Origin: Eledone cirrhosa
Lineage: Eukaryota
Assembly (NCBI GenBank): GCA_964016885.1
Contig: OZ024752.1
Coordinates: 41,726,001 to 41,790,000, forward strand
Direction of reading: 5' to 3'
DNA length: 64,000 nucleotides
Part shown: piece by piece, positions 42,018-55,689 of the stretch
Numbering within the stretch: position 1 is the stretch's first letter
How the letters are laid out: the number at the start of each line of letters is the position of its first letter
Notes under the pieces: model-generated
What the model was told of the DNA's origin: nothing
Databases searched by the model: none
The model's input: the letters and a program-made list of their open reading frames with translations, nothing else
Translations under genes and position numbers: made by a program

Positions 42018-43234
42018 CTTCACCACTACCACCACCACTACTACCACCATCACAACCACTACCATCACCAGCATAACAACCACCACTACTACCACCACCA
42101 TCACCACTACTACCACCACCACCATCACTACCATCACCACTACCACCATCAACACCACCACCACCATCACCACCATCACCACCACCACTATATTATAATT
42201 ACGCCTCTCCCCCAACCCCGGCTTAGATTGTTATACAGTCATAATAACAATCAAGGGAGAGAGATGTGTGTGTGTGTGTCTGTGTGTGTGTGTGTGTTGT
42301 GTGTGTATTGTGTGTATGTTGTGTGTGTTGTGTGTATGTTGTGTGTTGTGTGTATGTTGTGTGTGTGTGTGTGTGAGTGTGTGTGTATGTATTGTGTTTA
42401 GAACAAAGTACCTGAACTTGTGATACAGTGAGAAGAAGAATTGAAAGAGAGAAGTACTTTATATTTAGAGAAGAATGGATACCAAATAGTGTGATGGTGG
42501 TGGTGATGGTGGTGGTGATGGTGGTGGTGGTGGTGGTAGTGGTGGTGGTGCTAGTGGTGGTGCTAGTGGTGGTGGTGGTGGTGGTGGTGGTGGTGATTGG
42601 TGGTGATTGGTGGTGGTGCTAGTGGTGGTGGTGGTGGTGGTGGTGGTGCTAGTGGTGGTGGTGGTGGTGCTAGTGGTGGTGGTGGTGGTGGTGGTGGTGG
42701 TGGGGAAGAAGAAGGCAAAGAAGAGGGCAAAGAAGAAGAAGAAGAAGAAGAAGAAGAAGAAGAAGAAGAAGGAGGAGGAGGAGAAGAAGAAGGAGGAGGA
42801 GGAGGAGGAGGAGAAGAAGAAGAAGAAAAAGAAAAAGGGAAAATGAAAAGAAGAAGAAATCTCTCCTCCTCTGTGCAAGAAATCAGACATGAAGCGGGAT
42901 GGGCTGAACCAGGAGGGCACCCCTAGGACTCCACCAGAAGTTAAGGGCCTCTATCTTCTTTTTTTTTTTTTTTTCCTTTCTTAATGTTGTGCCACATCCA
43001 GCCTCATCAGGTAGAAATACGTTTAACATTATCTCCCCTTGCAAACACACACAGACACACACACACACACACAGACACAGACACACAGACACACACGCCG
43101 ACACACACACAGACACACACACGGACACACACACAGACACACACACACCGACACACACACAGACACACACAGACACACACACGGACACACACACAGACAC
43201 ACACGCCGACACACACACACACACACACACATAG

Positions 43235-43268
<34 letters not shown>

Positions 43269-43555
43269 ACACACACACACACACACACAGACACACACAC
43301 AGACACACAGACACAGACACACACACACAGACACACACGCCGACACACACACACAAACACACACACATACACACACAGACACACAGACACACACACACAC
43401 ACAGACACACACACAGACCGACACACACACAGACACTCACACAGACACACACACACAGACAGACACACACACAGCAACCATGTTCAACAACAACCATGTT
43501 CAACAGTCATGCAAACTGTAGTTATCTCAGTGCAAAGGAAAAGGAATAGGGAGTT

Positions 43556-43603
<48 letters not shown>

Positions 43604-43812
43604 GGGGCTGGAGGTTTAGGGTTTTAGTTGGGGGGGGGGGGATGAGGTGGGGGGGATGCTGCATTCTTCACATTCTTCACATACTTTCAGAGATCTTCAG
43701 GTTTCTGTGCAAATAATAGCCATGTTTTCCACAGAATAACCTTAAGGTAAACATGGAATCAAAAGGATGGGATGTAGCTGTGTGTATGTGTATATACATA
43801 TATATATATATA

Positions 43813-43877
<65 letters not shown>

Positions 43878-43948
43878 GTGCATATGTATATATATGCATA
43901 TATATATATGTATATATATACATATGCACTTATATATATATATATATA

Positions 43949-43984
<36 letters not shown>

Positions 43985-44238
43985 TGCATATGTATATATA
44001 TGCATATATATATATGCATATATATATGTATATATGTATACATATGTGTATATATATGTATATATATATAAGTGCATATGTATATATATATACATATATA
44101 TATATGCATATATATATGTATATATGTATACATATGTGTATATATATATGTATATATATATAAGTGCATATGTATATATATATGCATATATATATGCATA
44201 TATATATGTATATATGTATACATATGTGTATATATATG

Positions 44239-44271
<33 letters not shown>

Positions 44272-45010
44272 ATGGGTATGTGTGTATACGTCTGTGTGCA
44301 CATGTATGTGTGCGTCTGGCTCTATTAAGGCTTTAATGACGGTGAAAGAGGTTCATAAATGAGACTTATAGGGATATAATTGAGAGTGAGAGAGAGAGAG
44401 AGAGATTGGGAAAGGGGAAGAGAGAGGGAGAGATGGTGGGAGAGAGATGGTGGAAGAGAGAGATCGTGAGAGAGAGAGATCGTGAGAGAGAGAGACAGGA
44501 GGAGAAATATAGGGAGATGAGAGAGAGAAGGAAGAGAGAGAGATGGGAAGAGAGGAGAGTGAGAGATGGGAGAGAGAGGGAGAGAAGGAGGGGGAGAAGG
44601 AAGAGAGAGAGATGGGAAGAGAGGAGAGAGAGATGGGAGAGAGAGATGGGAGAGAGAGAGGGAGGAAGGAGGGAGAGAGGAGGGAGAGAAGGAAGAGAGA
44701 GATGGGAAGAGAGGAGAGAGAGATGGGAGAGAAGGAGGGAGAGAAGGAAGAGAGATGGGAAGAGAGGAGAGAGAGAGATGGGAGAGAGAGGGAGAGAAGG
44801 AGGGAGAGAAGGAGGGAGAGAGGAGGGAGAGAAGGAAGAGAGATGGGAAGAGAGGAGAGAGAGAGATGGGAGAGAGAGGGAGAGAAGGAGGGAGAGAAGG
44901 AGGGAGAGAGGAGGGAGAGAAGGAAGAGAGATGGGAAGAGAGGAGAGAGAGAGATGGGAGAGAGAGGGAGAGGAGGAGGGAGAGAAGGAGGGAGAGAGGA
45001 GGAAGAGGGT
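41470..45010. repeat. Series of simple repeats (GGT, ACC, GT, GAA, CA, TA, GA-rich)
   Basis: Direct inspection; only short unique islands between them. Confidence 0.85.
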
Positions 45011-45107
45011 TTAGAAGAGAAAGGATGCAAATAAATTCAACAAAAAGAAGGCTACAGTGTAGAAGCTATCCACTAATGAGGTAAGGTGTTGTTATTATAT
45101 GGTGGGG

Positions 45108-45552
45108 GGGTATATGTGAAGTAAGGGAGGATGGGGTGAGGGATATGGAGGGGATGGGAGGGTATATGTGAAGTAAGGGAGGATGGGGTGAGGGATATGG
45201 AGGGAATGGGAGGGTATATGTGAAGTAAGGGAGGATGGGGTGAGGGATATGGAGGGAATGGGAGGGTATATGTGAAGTATGGGAGGATGGGGTGAGAGAT
45301 ATGGAGGGGATGGGAGGGTATATGTGAAGTAAGGGAGGATGGGGTGAGAGATATGGAGGGGATGGGAGGGTATATGTGAAGTAAGGGAGGATGGGGTGAG
45401 AGATATGGAGGGGATGGGAGGGTATATGTGAAGTATGGGAGGATGGGGTGAGAGATATGGAGGGGATGGGAGGGTATATGTGAAGTAAGGGAGGATGGGG
45501 TGAGAGATATGGAGGGGATGGGAGGGTATATGTGAAGTATGGGAGGATGGTG
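45108..45552. repeat. 52-bp G-rich minisatellite, about 8-9 copies
   Basis: GGTATATGTGAAGTAAGGGAGGATGGGGTGAGAGATATGGAGGGGATGGGAG; period 45161 to 45213. Confidence 0.9.
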
Positions 45553-45760
45553 GGAGAATAGAGTGAGAGAGAGAGAGCAGGGAGATAATTGAGAGAAGGG
45601 GATGGTAGGAGTATGAAGGGAAGGGAGTAGGGAGAAAGGAGAAGGGAGAATGGAAAGGGAGATTAATTGGGAATATATGGACAGCACTGGGCATGCAAGA
45701 AAATGAGAAAACAAGGTAATTAGTAAAGTTATAGAGTAACAGATATATATAGATATATAT

Positions 45761-45795
<35 letters not shown>

Positions 45796-46087
45796 ACGAC
45801 CGCTTTTCCCTGCTTGCAAGGGTGGGACGGGAAATGATTCTGGCTTGATTTCTACAGCTGGATGCCCTTCCTAACACCAACCTCATTTACAGTGAGTGCT
45901 GGGTGCTTTTTTTTTTGCCGTGGCACCTGCACGTCCACTTTGCAGTGGAATGATAGGGACCCCAGTCCCTATCATCTCATTTCTACAGCTGAGTAAACTG
46001 GAGCAATGTGAAATAAAGTGTCTTGCTCAAGGAAACAACACATCACCCGGTCTGAGAATTGAACTCACAACCTATATGTATATGTAT

Positions 46088-46600
46088 ATCATCATCATCA
46101 TCATCATCATCATTTTACGTCCGCTTTTCCCTGCTTGCAAGGGTGGGACGGGTCTTATTCAGCACAGCATCTCTCCACTCGTCATGGTCCTTCGTCATCT
46201 CCACCGTGAGCTTCAATGATCTGAGGTCTGTTCTCACCACCTCCGCCCATGTTTTTCGTGGTCTACCTCTACCACGTCTTCCTTCAACTGGCAATTCCTG
46301 GCACTTCTTCACCCATCGGTCATCCTCCATGCGCATCACATGTCCATACCACCTCAGTTTCCTCTCTCGCACACTACATTCTATCCCTCTCAGACACAGT
46401 TTCTCTCTCAACACATTTATGCTGGGTTGTTCACGCACATTTACACTGCACATCCAACGGAGCATGCTTGCCTCATTTCTCTCCAACCGTTGCATATCCT
46501 CTGCAGTTGCTGCCCATGTCTCACTACCATACAGCATCGCGCTCCTCACACAGGCATCATACAACTGCCCTTTCATACGCAGGGAGAAACCTTTCTTCTT
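46088..46600 (-). mobile_element. RTE-clade LINE, 5'-truncated, open frame
   Basis: ORF 46115-46576: YDACVRSAMLYGSETW...LRWYGHVMR...GRGRPRKTW...; (TGA)n tail. Confidence 0.9.
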
Positions 46601-46698
46601 TTACATACATATGTATATGTATGTAAAAGGTAAACAGAAATCGGTACAGTATATGGAAGGGATATATTAGGTTAACGCTTGAAATAACAGGAAGAGGG

Positions 46699-46734
46699 TC
46701 TTAACGTTTCGGACGCTAGTCCTTCATCAGAAGA
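46699..46734 (-). ncRNA. Minimal type I hammerhead ribozyme motif
   Basis: TCTT-CTGATGA-A-GGAC-TAGC-GTCC-GAAA-C-GTT-AAGA: core, stem II, stem I (TCTT/AAGA), loopless palindromic stem III. Activity untested. Confidence 0.55.
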
Positions 46735-46932
46735 AAGAATGAAAAATAAGATAGATTGAAAGGACGGGCGGGATGGATATATATATATGTTTATCCCAGG
46801 CCAGGTTTAATCAGGGGTAACTACAGTAAGTAAGGTACTCAATACAAAGCAGAGTATAAATATTTGATATAGGAATGGGCTTTCCTAATGGTTTCCTCCG
46901 AATGAAACAGGTCTAGTCCTGTAGAAGCCATT

Positions 46933-46975
<43 letters not shown>

Positions 46976-47216
46976 AACGAGTAGGACCCCGACGGCTGAG
47001 CTCAAGCCGTTTCGACGGCTAATTCTGGACTAAAAAAAAAAAATTTTTTTTTTTTCTTTTTAGTCCAGAATTAGCCGTCGAAACGGCTTGAGCTCAGCCG
47101 TCGGGGTCCTATTCGTTCCTATTACCCACTCTACTACCCTAAGTATTGAGTACTTTGGTGCGTTATGGTCCATCTGGTTCCTTACCACATTTCCTTCGTT
47201 ATATATATATATATAT

Positions 47217-47268
<52 letters not shown>

Positions 47269-47683
47269 TGTGATAGGTGTGTCTGTATGTGTGTTTACCT
47301 ACATTATATAGATAGATATAAATATACATGCACATACCGTCTAACCCATGCTAGCATGGAAGATGGATGTTAAACGATGATACTGATGATGATGATAATA
47401 ATACTGGTGCCATGATAAAAATAACCCAGTCCACCATGTAAAGTTTTAGTACTGGTACCACAATAAAAAAACTCCCAGTCCACTATGTAATGTAAAGGTT
47501 TAGTGCTGGTGCCATGATAAAAAGCCCCCAGTCCATCAGGTAAAGTAGTACTGGTGCCTTGATAAAATAATCCAAGTACACACTGTAAAGTTGTTGGCAT
47601 TAGACTGGGCATCTAGCCACAGAAACCAAATCATTCATACATCACAATAAAAGGTGGAAGAAAAAAATAATTGTGCCTGTAAA

Positions 47684-49401
47684 TTAACCCTTTATTATCT
47701 AAATTACTCTATATATACTATTGTATTTCCACAGTAAAGGCTTTACTTCACATAATATCTCACATACCATTTACATTACTCTATATATACTATTGTATTT
47801 CCACAATAAAGGCTTTACCTCACATAATATCTCACATAACATTTACATTACTCTATATATACTATTGTATTTCCACAATAAAAGCTTTACCTCACATAAC
47901 ATCTCACATAACATTTACATTACTCTATATATACTATTGTATTTCCACAATAAAGGCTTTACCTCACATAACATCTCACATAACATTTACATTACTCTAT
48001 ATTTACTATTGTATTTCCACAGTAAAGGCTTTACCTCACATAATATCTCACATAACATTTACATTACTCTATATATACTATTGTATTTCCACAGTAAAGG
48101 CTTTACTTCACATAATATCTCACATAACATTTACATTACTCTATATATACTATTGTATTTCCACAATAAAGGCTTTACCTCACATAACATCTCACATAAC
48201 ATTTACATTACTCTATATATACTATTGTATTTCCAAAGTAAAAGCTTTACCTCACATAATATCTCACATAACATTTACACTACTCTATATATACTATTGT
48301 ATTTCCACAATAAAGGCTTTACCTCACATAACATCTCACATAACATTTACATTACTCTATATATACTATTGTATTTCCACAATAAAAGCTTTACCTCACA
48401 TAACATCTCACATAACATTTACATTACTCTATATATACTATTGTATTTCCACAATAAAGGCTTTACCTCACATAACATCTCACATAACATTTACATTACT
48501 CTATATTTACTATTGTATTTCCACAGTAAAGGCTTTACCTCACATAATATCTCACATAACATTTACATTACTCTATATATACTATTGTATTTCCACAGTA
48601 AAGGCTTTACTTCACATAATATCTCACATAACATTTACATTACTCTATATATACTATTGTATTTCCACAATAAAGGCTTTACCTCACATAACATCTCACA
48701 TAACATTTACATTACTCTATATATACTATTGTATTTCCAAAGTAAAAGCTTTACCTCACATAATATCTCACATAACATTTACACTACTCTATATATACTA
48801 TTGTATTTCCACAATAAAGGCTTTACCTCACATAACATTTACATTACTCTATATATACTATTGTATTTCCACAATAAAAGCTTTACCTCACATAACATCT
48901 CACATAACATTTACATTACTCTATATATACTATTGTATTTCCACAATAAAGGCTTTACCTCACATAACATCTCACATAACATTTACATTACTCTATATAT
49001 ACTATTGTATTTCCACAATAAAGGCTTTACCTCACATAACATCTCACATAACATTTACATTACTCTATATATACTATTGTATTTCCACAGTAAAGGCTTT
49101 ACCTCACATAATATCTCACATAACATTTACATTACTCTATATTTACTATTGTATTTCCACAGTAAAGGCTTTACCTCACATAATATCTCACATAACATTT
49201 ACATTACTCTATATATACTATTGTATTTCCAAAGTAAAGGCTTTACCTCACATAATATCTCACATAATCTCGAATCTATGAGATTTTGATATTATTCATT
49301 TTACAAACAATACCTCAATGTCAGTATGAGTGGCCAGTTTGAACAGAAAGAGGTGAGAGAATTCTGGCCTAATATGGCTGAGTTAAATGCTAACAGGTTA
49401 A
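47684..49401 (+). mobile_element. TTAA MITE with internal 72-bp array
   Basis: TTAA-CCCTTTA at 47684 and TAAATGCTAACAGG-TTAA at 49401; right arm homologous to the monomer copies. Confidence 0.8.
47701..49268. repeat. 72-bp satellite array, about 22 units
   Basis: Unit ACATTACTCTATATATACTATTGTATTTCCACAGTAAAGGCTTTACCTCACATAATATCTCACATAACATTT. Variant markers recur at 504 bp (7 units; e.g. 48233/48737). One 60-bp unit at 48781. Confidence 0.95.
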
Positions 49402-49420
49402 TACTGCAAATTTTCAGAAC

Positions 49421-49608
49421 AATCTTGGACCCTGTACTGCCGAGAGCTCCTCCGCAAGATCGGAGGGTCAGCAGCCCGTCTGAGGAGGGAGCCCCGCGAG
49501 GTCAGGTGGCTGTTGCAGCAGGTGTCACTGGCCATCGTCCAACGGGGGGTGGAGAATACTTTTGACGTCTTGTCAGCGGGGTGCAGCACTTCAGCCCTCT
49601 TGTCCTAG
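49421..49608 (+). mobile_element. CRE-clade non-LTR retrotransposon C-terminal fragment
   Basis: LGPCTAE/LLRKIGGSAARLRREPREVRWLLQQVSLAIVQRG..TFDVL (one frameshift), resembling the GP.A..FL..IG......EPR...L.QRLS.AIQRGNA end of CRE ORFs. Confidence 0.6.
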
Positions 49609-50392
49609 GCCCAAAGCCCAATCACCCCCCCCCCCCCCCCCCCCACCCCTTCACCTCTCTCCTCTCTTCTGCGACACCTCTCTTCTTGCCATCCCCTCCC
49701 CTTCCTGCTCTTTTTCTTCTTTCTATATTTCTCTATTCTTTCTTTCCTTTTTTTTTTTATTTCTTCTTACTAAATTTTTTATTTTAAAAATAAACACCAA
49801 TCCATAGTTATAAAAAATTAATAATTGTTTCTACTTTAGGGCACAAGGCCAGCAATTACCCAGTACATTACTGGTACTTTATTTTATAGACCTCGTAAGG
49901 ATGAAAGGCAAAGTTAACCTCGGCGGGATTTGAACTCAGATCAGATCATACAGGGAGGTAACTCTATGCTTCAAAGCATGGCATCCGGCAAGTAGCTCTC
50001 CCCTTCCTCCAGTGTATTACTGGTACTTTATTTTATCGACCCCCCCCCCCCGTAAGGATGAAAGGCAAGGTTAATCTCGGCGGGATTTGAACTCAGACTG
50101 TAAAAAATAATAATAAAATCTGCCTACTAATAAAGATACTATTAACAGTTGAATTGACAAACCCGTTATGGGATATTTTCAACAAAATCATTGTAGGGGG
50201 GCAAAGAGTTAAGAGGAAGAGCATAGAAACCACTCCTTGTATTGTATTACCATTGTTATTGAGGTACACTGCCTTGGGATATATTGATGGTGTAGTCACA
50301 TGACCTTTAATATCTACAACCATTCAATAATTGATAGTTCAACTGATGCTAAACACCAGATATCTCATAAGAGTGTAGTGAGACATTGTTAA

Positions 50393-50479
<87 letters not shown>

Positions 50480-50480
50480 A

Positions 50481-50645
<165 letters not shown>

Positions 50646-50782
50646 TAAATATATATAAATATATATATATATATATGAGATGACGAGGGACCGTGACAAG
50701 TGGAGAGATGCTGTGCTGAATAAGACCCGTCCCACCTTTGCAAACAGGGAAAAGCGGACGTAAAATGATGATGATGATGATG

Positions 50783-50844
<62 letters not shown>

Positions 50845-50854
50845 GTATGTATGC

Positions 50855-50890
<36 letters not shown>

Positions 50891-51016
50891 TACCTCAAGT
50901 ATTGAGTACTTTGGTGCGTTATGGTCCACCTGGTTCCTTACCACATTTCCTTCGTTATATATATATGGAATAGTGATAATGTTTCTCTTTTAATATATAA
51001 TGATGAGCTGAGTAAT

Positions 51017-51112
<96 letters not shown>

Positions 51113-51651
51113 TTGTATGTTTGTGATGTATATTATCATCATCATCATTTAACATTGGTTTTTCCCTGCTAGCAACGACTGGATATATATTAAATATACT
51201 ACATATATATATATATATATGTGTGTATATATATATATATATACACACATATATATATATATACACACACACATATATATATATATGTGTATATATATAC
51301 ACACACATATATATATATAAATATATATATATATACATACACACACATATATATATACATACATACACACACATATATATATATATGTATATATATATAT
51401 ATGTGCATATATATATGTATATGTATGTATATGTAAAATGTAAACAGAAATAACAACACAATATTTACATATATTATGACGATGTATATATGGAGAGAAA
51501 GAGATAGGGGGGGGGGGGGAATAGAATGGATGGCAGTTAGTTGTTAACCACTTATATACATAAGCATACATCATATAAGTGTGTGTGTGTGTATAGTATA
51601 GATAAGTACACTTCTTTCTAGAAACATACAAATGGCCCTAAAAACGATGAT

Positions 51652-51743
<92 letters not shown>

Positions 51744-51848
51744 ATTGTTTCTACTATAGGCACAAGGCCAGCAATTACCCAGTGCATTACTGGTACTTTA
51801 TTTTATCGACCCCGTAAGGATGAAAGGCAAAGTCAACCTCGGCGGGAT

Positions 51849-51885
<37 letters not shown>

Positions 51886-52904
51886 ATATATATATATAAT
51901 CATCGTCATTTAGGGTCCATGTTCAACAACTAGATCCGAACAGTTTGGATCTAGCTGTTGAAATGGCAGGAGCTCAGCTGTCAAGGTCCCAAATCCTTCA
52001 TATATATATATATATATATATATATGAAGGATATAGATAAGCATGTGTGTGAGAGAGAGAGAGAATCTGTTATGTGTTCTTAAAACAACAGCTAAATAAT
52101 GAGAAAGTTAGTTAGTTATATTATTAAATCCTTTAAAATTCTTGATATTTTTCAAAGATGTTTGAAAATCATAGACAGAAATATTTCATTAGAAATATGG
52201 TAAGAAAAGGGTTAATGGGATACAGAACAGACTGTGTTAGTTACTAAGTTCAAAACTGACCTTGTTTCCTCATTTGCTCAGATATACCAACTTCCTTGAT
52301 AGCATCTGACTAACTCCTCAAGTACTCATTAAACAAAATTAATTAAAACTCCTCTAGGCATTAATTTGGTGCACTAGACTTGTGCGCCACCAAATTTCAT
52401 CCTGAAACTTTTATACTAACAAATATATATATATATATTTTTTTTTATTTATTCTTGTTTTTCACATAATAATCATAATTATGACCAACTACTTCCACTA
52501 CATCCAGTGGCACCACCCAAGTTTCTATCATTATCAGTATTCCCATTATCATTCATCATCATTTCATTTTACGTCCGCTTTTTCCCTGCTTGCAAGGGAG
52601 GGACGGGAACTGATTCTGGCTTGATTTCTACAGCTGGATGCCCTTCCTAACACCAACCTCATTTTACAGTGAGTGCTGGGTGCTTTTTTGCCGTGGCACC
52701 TCCACAACCACTTTGCAGTGGTATGATAGAGACCCCAGTCCCTATCATCTCATTTCTACAGCTGAGTAAACTGGAGCAATGTGAAATAAAGTGCCTTGCT
52801 CAAGGAAACAACACATCACCCGGTCTGAGAATTGAACTCACAACCTTTCGATTGCAAGGCCAATGCTCTAACCACTGAGCCATGTGCCTCCATTATAACT
52901 ATTA

Positions 52905-53439
52905 TTACCAAAACCCAGGTTGTAGACCCTAGGCAAGATGGTTGGATGGCATCCATGAGCTTGGCTGGTGTCTTGCTTGTTGGGGGATCCAGCTTGGAGA
53001 TCACTTAGAGACGCTTGCTTCTGCTGACAGGACCTGCTGGAAGGAAGTTTCGAGGACTCTGCTGCCCTCCCCATTCCTGACCCTCTCAGGAATAAGTGGA
53101 AGAAGAAGAAGAAGAAGAAGAAGAAGAAGAAGAAGAAGAAGAAGAACGAAGAAAGAAGAACGAAGAAAGAAGAACGAAAAAAAGAAAAAGAAGAAATAGA
53201 GGAAGAAGAAAGAAGAGGAAGAAGAAGAAGAAGAAGAAAGAAGAACGAAAAGAAGAAGAAGAAGAAGAAGAAGAACGAAAAGAAGAAGAAGAAGAAGAAG
53301 AAGAAGAAGAAGAAGAACAAAAAGAAGAAGAAGAAGAAGAAGAAGAAGAAGAAGAAGAAAAAGAAGAAGAAGAAGAAGAAGAAAAAGAAGAACGAAGAAA
53401 GAAGAACGAGAAAAACAAAAAGAAGAAATAGAAGAAGAA

Positions 53440-53471
<32 letters not shown>

Positions 53472-53563
53472 AGAACGAAAAGAAGAAGAAGAAGAAGAGG
53501 AACGAAGAAAGAAGAGGAAGAGGAAGAGGAAGAACGAAGAACGAAAAGAAGAGGAAGAAGAAG
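52905..53563 (+). mobile_element. Degenerate RTE-like 3' end running into (GAA)n
   Basis: GCRP.ARWLDGI...LASADRTCWKE resembles GRPR.RW.D.I...A.DR..WR; followed directly by the GAA tract. Confidence 0.5.
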
Positions 53564-53807
53564 ACTACTACTATCACCATTACCATTCCAGTGTTTACTA
53601 TAGTTACCGAGGACATAGCTCCTTTAATGTCGATGTATCTTCAATATTTATATTCATAAGTGGATGCAATATGGTTAAGTCCAGATAGTTTAAGATGTCC
53701 ACTTGACACTCATTAGGTTCTGTGTTTGATATGATAGCATGGCATCTTGGGAAGATGTCATTTGCCATTGCCTCCAGTCCTTCTCACTGAAGTGTTGACA
53801 TTATTAT

Positions 53808-54865
53808 GGTCTGAGTTCAAATCCGCCGAGGTTAACTTCGCTTTTCATCCTTACGGGGGTCGATAAAATAAAGTACCAGTAATGCACTGGGATAATTGCT
53901 GGCCTTGTGCCAAAAGTAGAAACAACATCCTTACAGGGTCGATAAAATAAAGTACCAGTAATGCACTGGGTAATTGCTGGCCTTGTGCCAAAAGTAGAAA
54001 CAGCATCCTTACAAGGTCGATAAAATAAAGTACCAGTAATGCACTGGGTATTTTGCTGGCCTTGTGCCAAAAGTAGAAACAACATCCTTACAGGGTCGAT
54101 AAAATAAAGTACCAGTAATACACTGGGATAATTGCTGGCCTTGTGCCAAAAGTAGAAACAACATCCTTACAGGGTCGATAAAATAAAGTACCAGTAATGC
54201 ACTGGGTAATTGCTGGCCTTGTGCCAAAAGTAGAAACAACATCCTTACAGGGTCGATAAAATAAAGTACCAGTAATGCACTGGGTAATTGCTGGCCTTGT
54301 GCCAAAAGTAGAAACAACATCCTTACAGGGTCGATAAAATAAAGTACCAGTAATGCACTGGGTAATTGCTGGCCTTGTGCCAAAAGTAGAAACAACATCC
54401 TTACAGGGTCGATAAAATAAAGTACCAGTAATGCACTGAGTAATTGCTGGCCTTGTGCCAAAAGTAGAAACAACATCCGTACAGGGTCGATAAAATAAAG
54501 TACCAGTAATGCACTGGGTAATTGCTGGCCTTGTGCCAAAAGTAGAAACAATTATTATGGCCTGAGTTCAAATCCCGCCGAGGTTAACTTTGCCTTTCAT
54601 CCTTACGGGGTCGATAAAATAAAGTACCAGTAATACACTGGGTAATTGCTGTCCTTGTGCCAAAAGTAGAAACAATTATTATGGTGCATTGGCAGTATCG
54701 GTAGAGAGTCAGACGCCATGCTTTGATGCGTAGAGTTACGGCCCTTGCCATTCTGAGTTCAAATCCCGCCGAGGTTAACTTTGCCTTTCATCCTTACGGG
54801 GTTCGATAAAATAAAGTACCAGTAATGCACTGGGTAATTGCTGGCCTTGTGCCAAAGGTAGAACA
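53808..54865 (+). repeat. SINE B cluster with a 78-bp SINE-derived minisatellite (about 9 units, 53848-54553)
   Basis: Unit ATCCTTACAGGGTCGATAAAATAAAGTACCAGTAATGCACTGGGTAATTGCTGGCCTTGTGCCAAAAGTAGAAACAAC; period 54241 to 54319. Confidence 0.9.
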
Positions 54866-55429
54866 AATCATTATAAACCAATATCTTATGCCTCGTTTTA
54901 TTTTTTTCAAGATGATGCAATTTTGAACGAATTTGGCTTCTATTTCTAGCAGGTTGATTGACCACATAGAGTCACCCATGTGAATGGAATTACAATGGAA
55001 GAAGAAGAAGAAGAAGAAGGCAAAAAAAAAAGAAGAAGAAGAAGAAGAAGAAGAAGAAGAAGGCAAAGAAGAAGAAGAAGAAGAAGAAAAAAAAGGAAAA
55101 GAAAAAGAAAAAGAAAAAGAAGAAAAAGAAGAAAAAGAATAATAATAAGAAGAAGAAGAAGGCAAAGAAGAAGGCAAAGAAGAAGAAGAAGAAGAAGAAG
55201 AAGGCAAAGAAGAAGAAGAAGAAGAAGAAGAAGGCAAAGAAGAAGAAAAAGGCAAAGAAGGCAAAGAAGAAGAAAAAGAAAAAGAAAAAAGAAAAAGAAA
55301 AGGGAAAAAGAAAAAGAAGAAGAAGAAAAAGAAGAAGAAAAAAAGAAAAAGAAGAAGAAGAAGAAGAAGAAGAAGAAGAAGAAGAAGAAGAAGAAACAAT
55401 GAATGAAGAGTTAGTGTTTATGTACTTAC

Positions 55430-55585
55430 ATTGGAGTTTGTAGAATTTGGTTTTCAATAATGTAATATCCAAGAATTTGTTTCTGCAAGAAGGATTTTTT
55501 TTGTCTTTACATAATGTGAAGAACCAAGAATCAAATTGTCTCAGTTCTTCTTGTGTGGGTGGCAGTGGAAAGCCATCATTTTCTC
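55430..55585 (-). CDS. Candidate internal exon of an unidentified host gene
   Basis: TATTTCAG acceptor, GTAAGT donor, 156 bp, phase 1-1. One open frame: (x)ENDGFPLPPTQEELRQFDSWFFTLCKDKKNPSCRNKFLDITLLKTKFYKLQ; the other two frames stop. Confidence 0.45.
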
Positions 55586-55689
55586 CTGAAATATACAGAT
55601 TTCATATAAATGGAGGCAACCGAAATAAATTTGTTGTTGATATAACTAGAAATTGGTCTAACATACATCCATGTTTACTTCAAAGTCAC

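Noticed and set aside
43685-43746. Possible small exon on either strand
   Set aside because: Short, ambiguous strand, and its open phase does not match the 55430 exon; unsupported.
47701-49268. CRISPR-like appearance of regular arrays (also 53848-54553, 16190-16545)
   Set aside because: No unique spacers, no cas genes, eukaryotic context.
47721-49289. 522-aa ORF of 24-aa repeats (also 56059-56919, 62870-63061)
   Set aside because: Translation of an AT-rich 72-bp satellite with a non-ATG start; 73-bp variants break the frame.
50240-50325. Possible 63-bp exon on the minus strand (also unique islands at 38290-38360 and 53570-53790)
   Set aside because: Weak acceptor; the sequences resemble decayed CR1-type RT motifs (PQGSV, G.ILTWI, VDIL.LD).
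52261-52401. Splice-like signals on the minus strand (TTTCAG ... AAG|GTCAGT)
   Set aside because: All three frames contain stops, and it abuts another TTAACCC-type repeat end.
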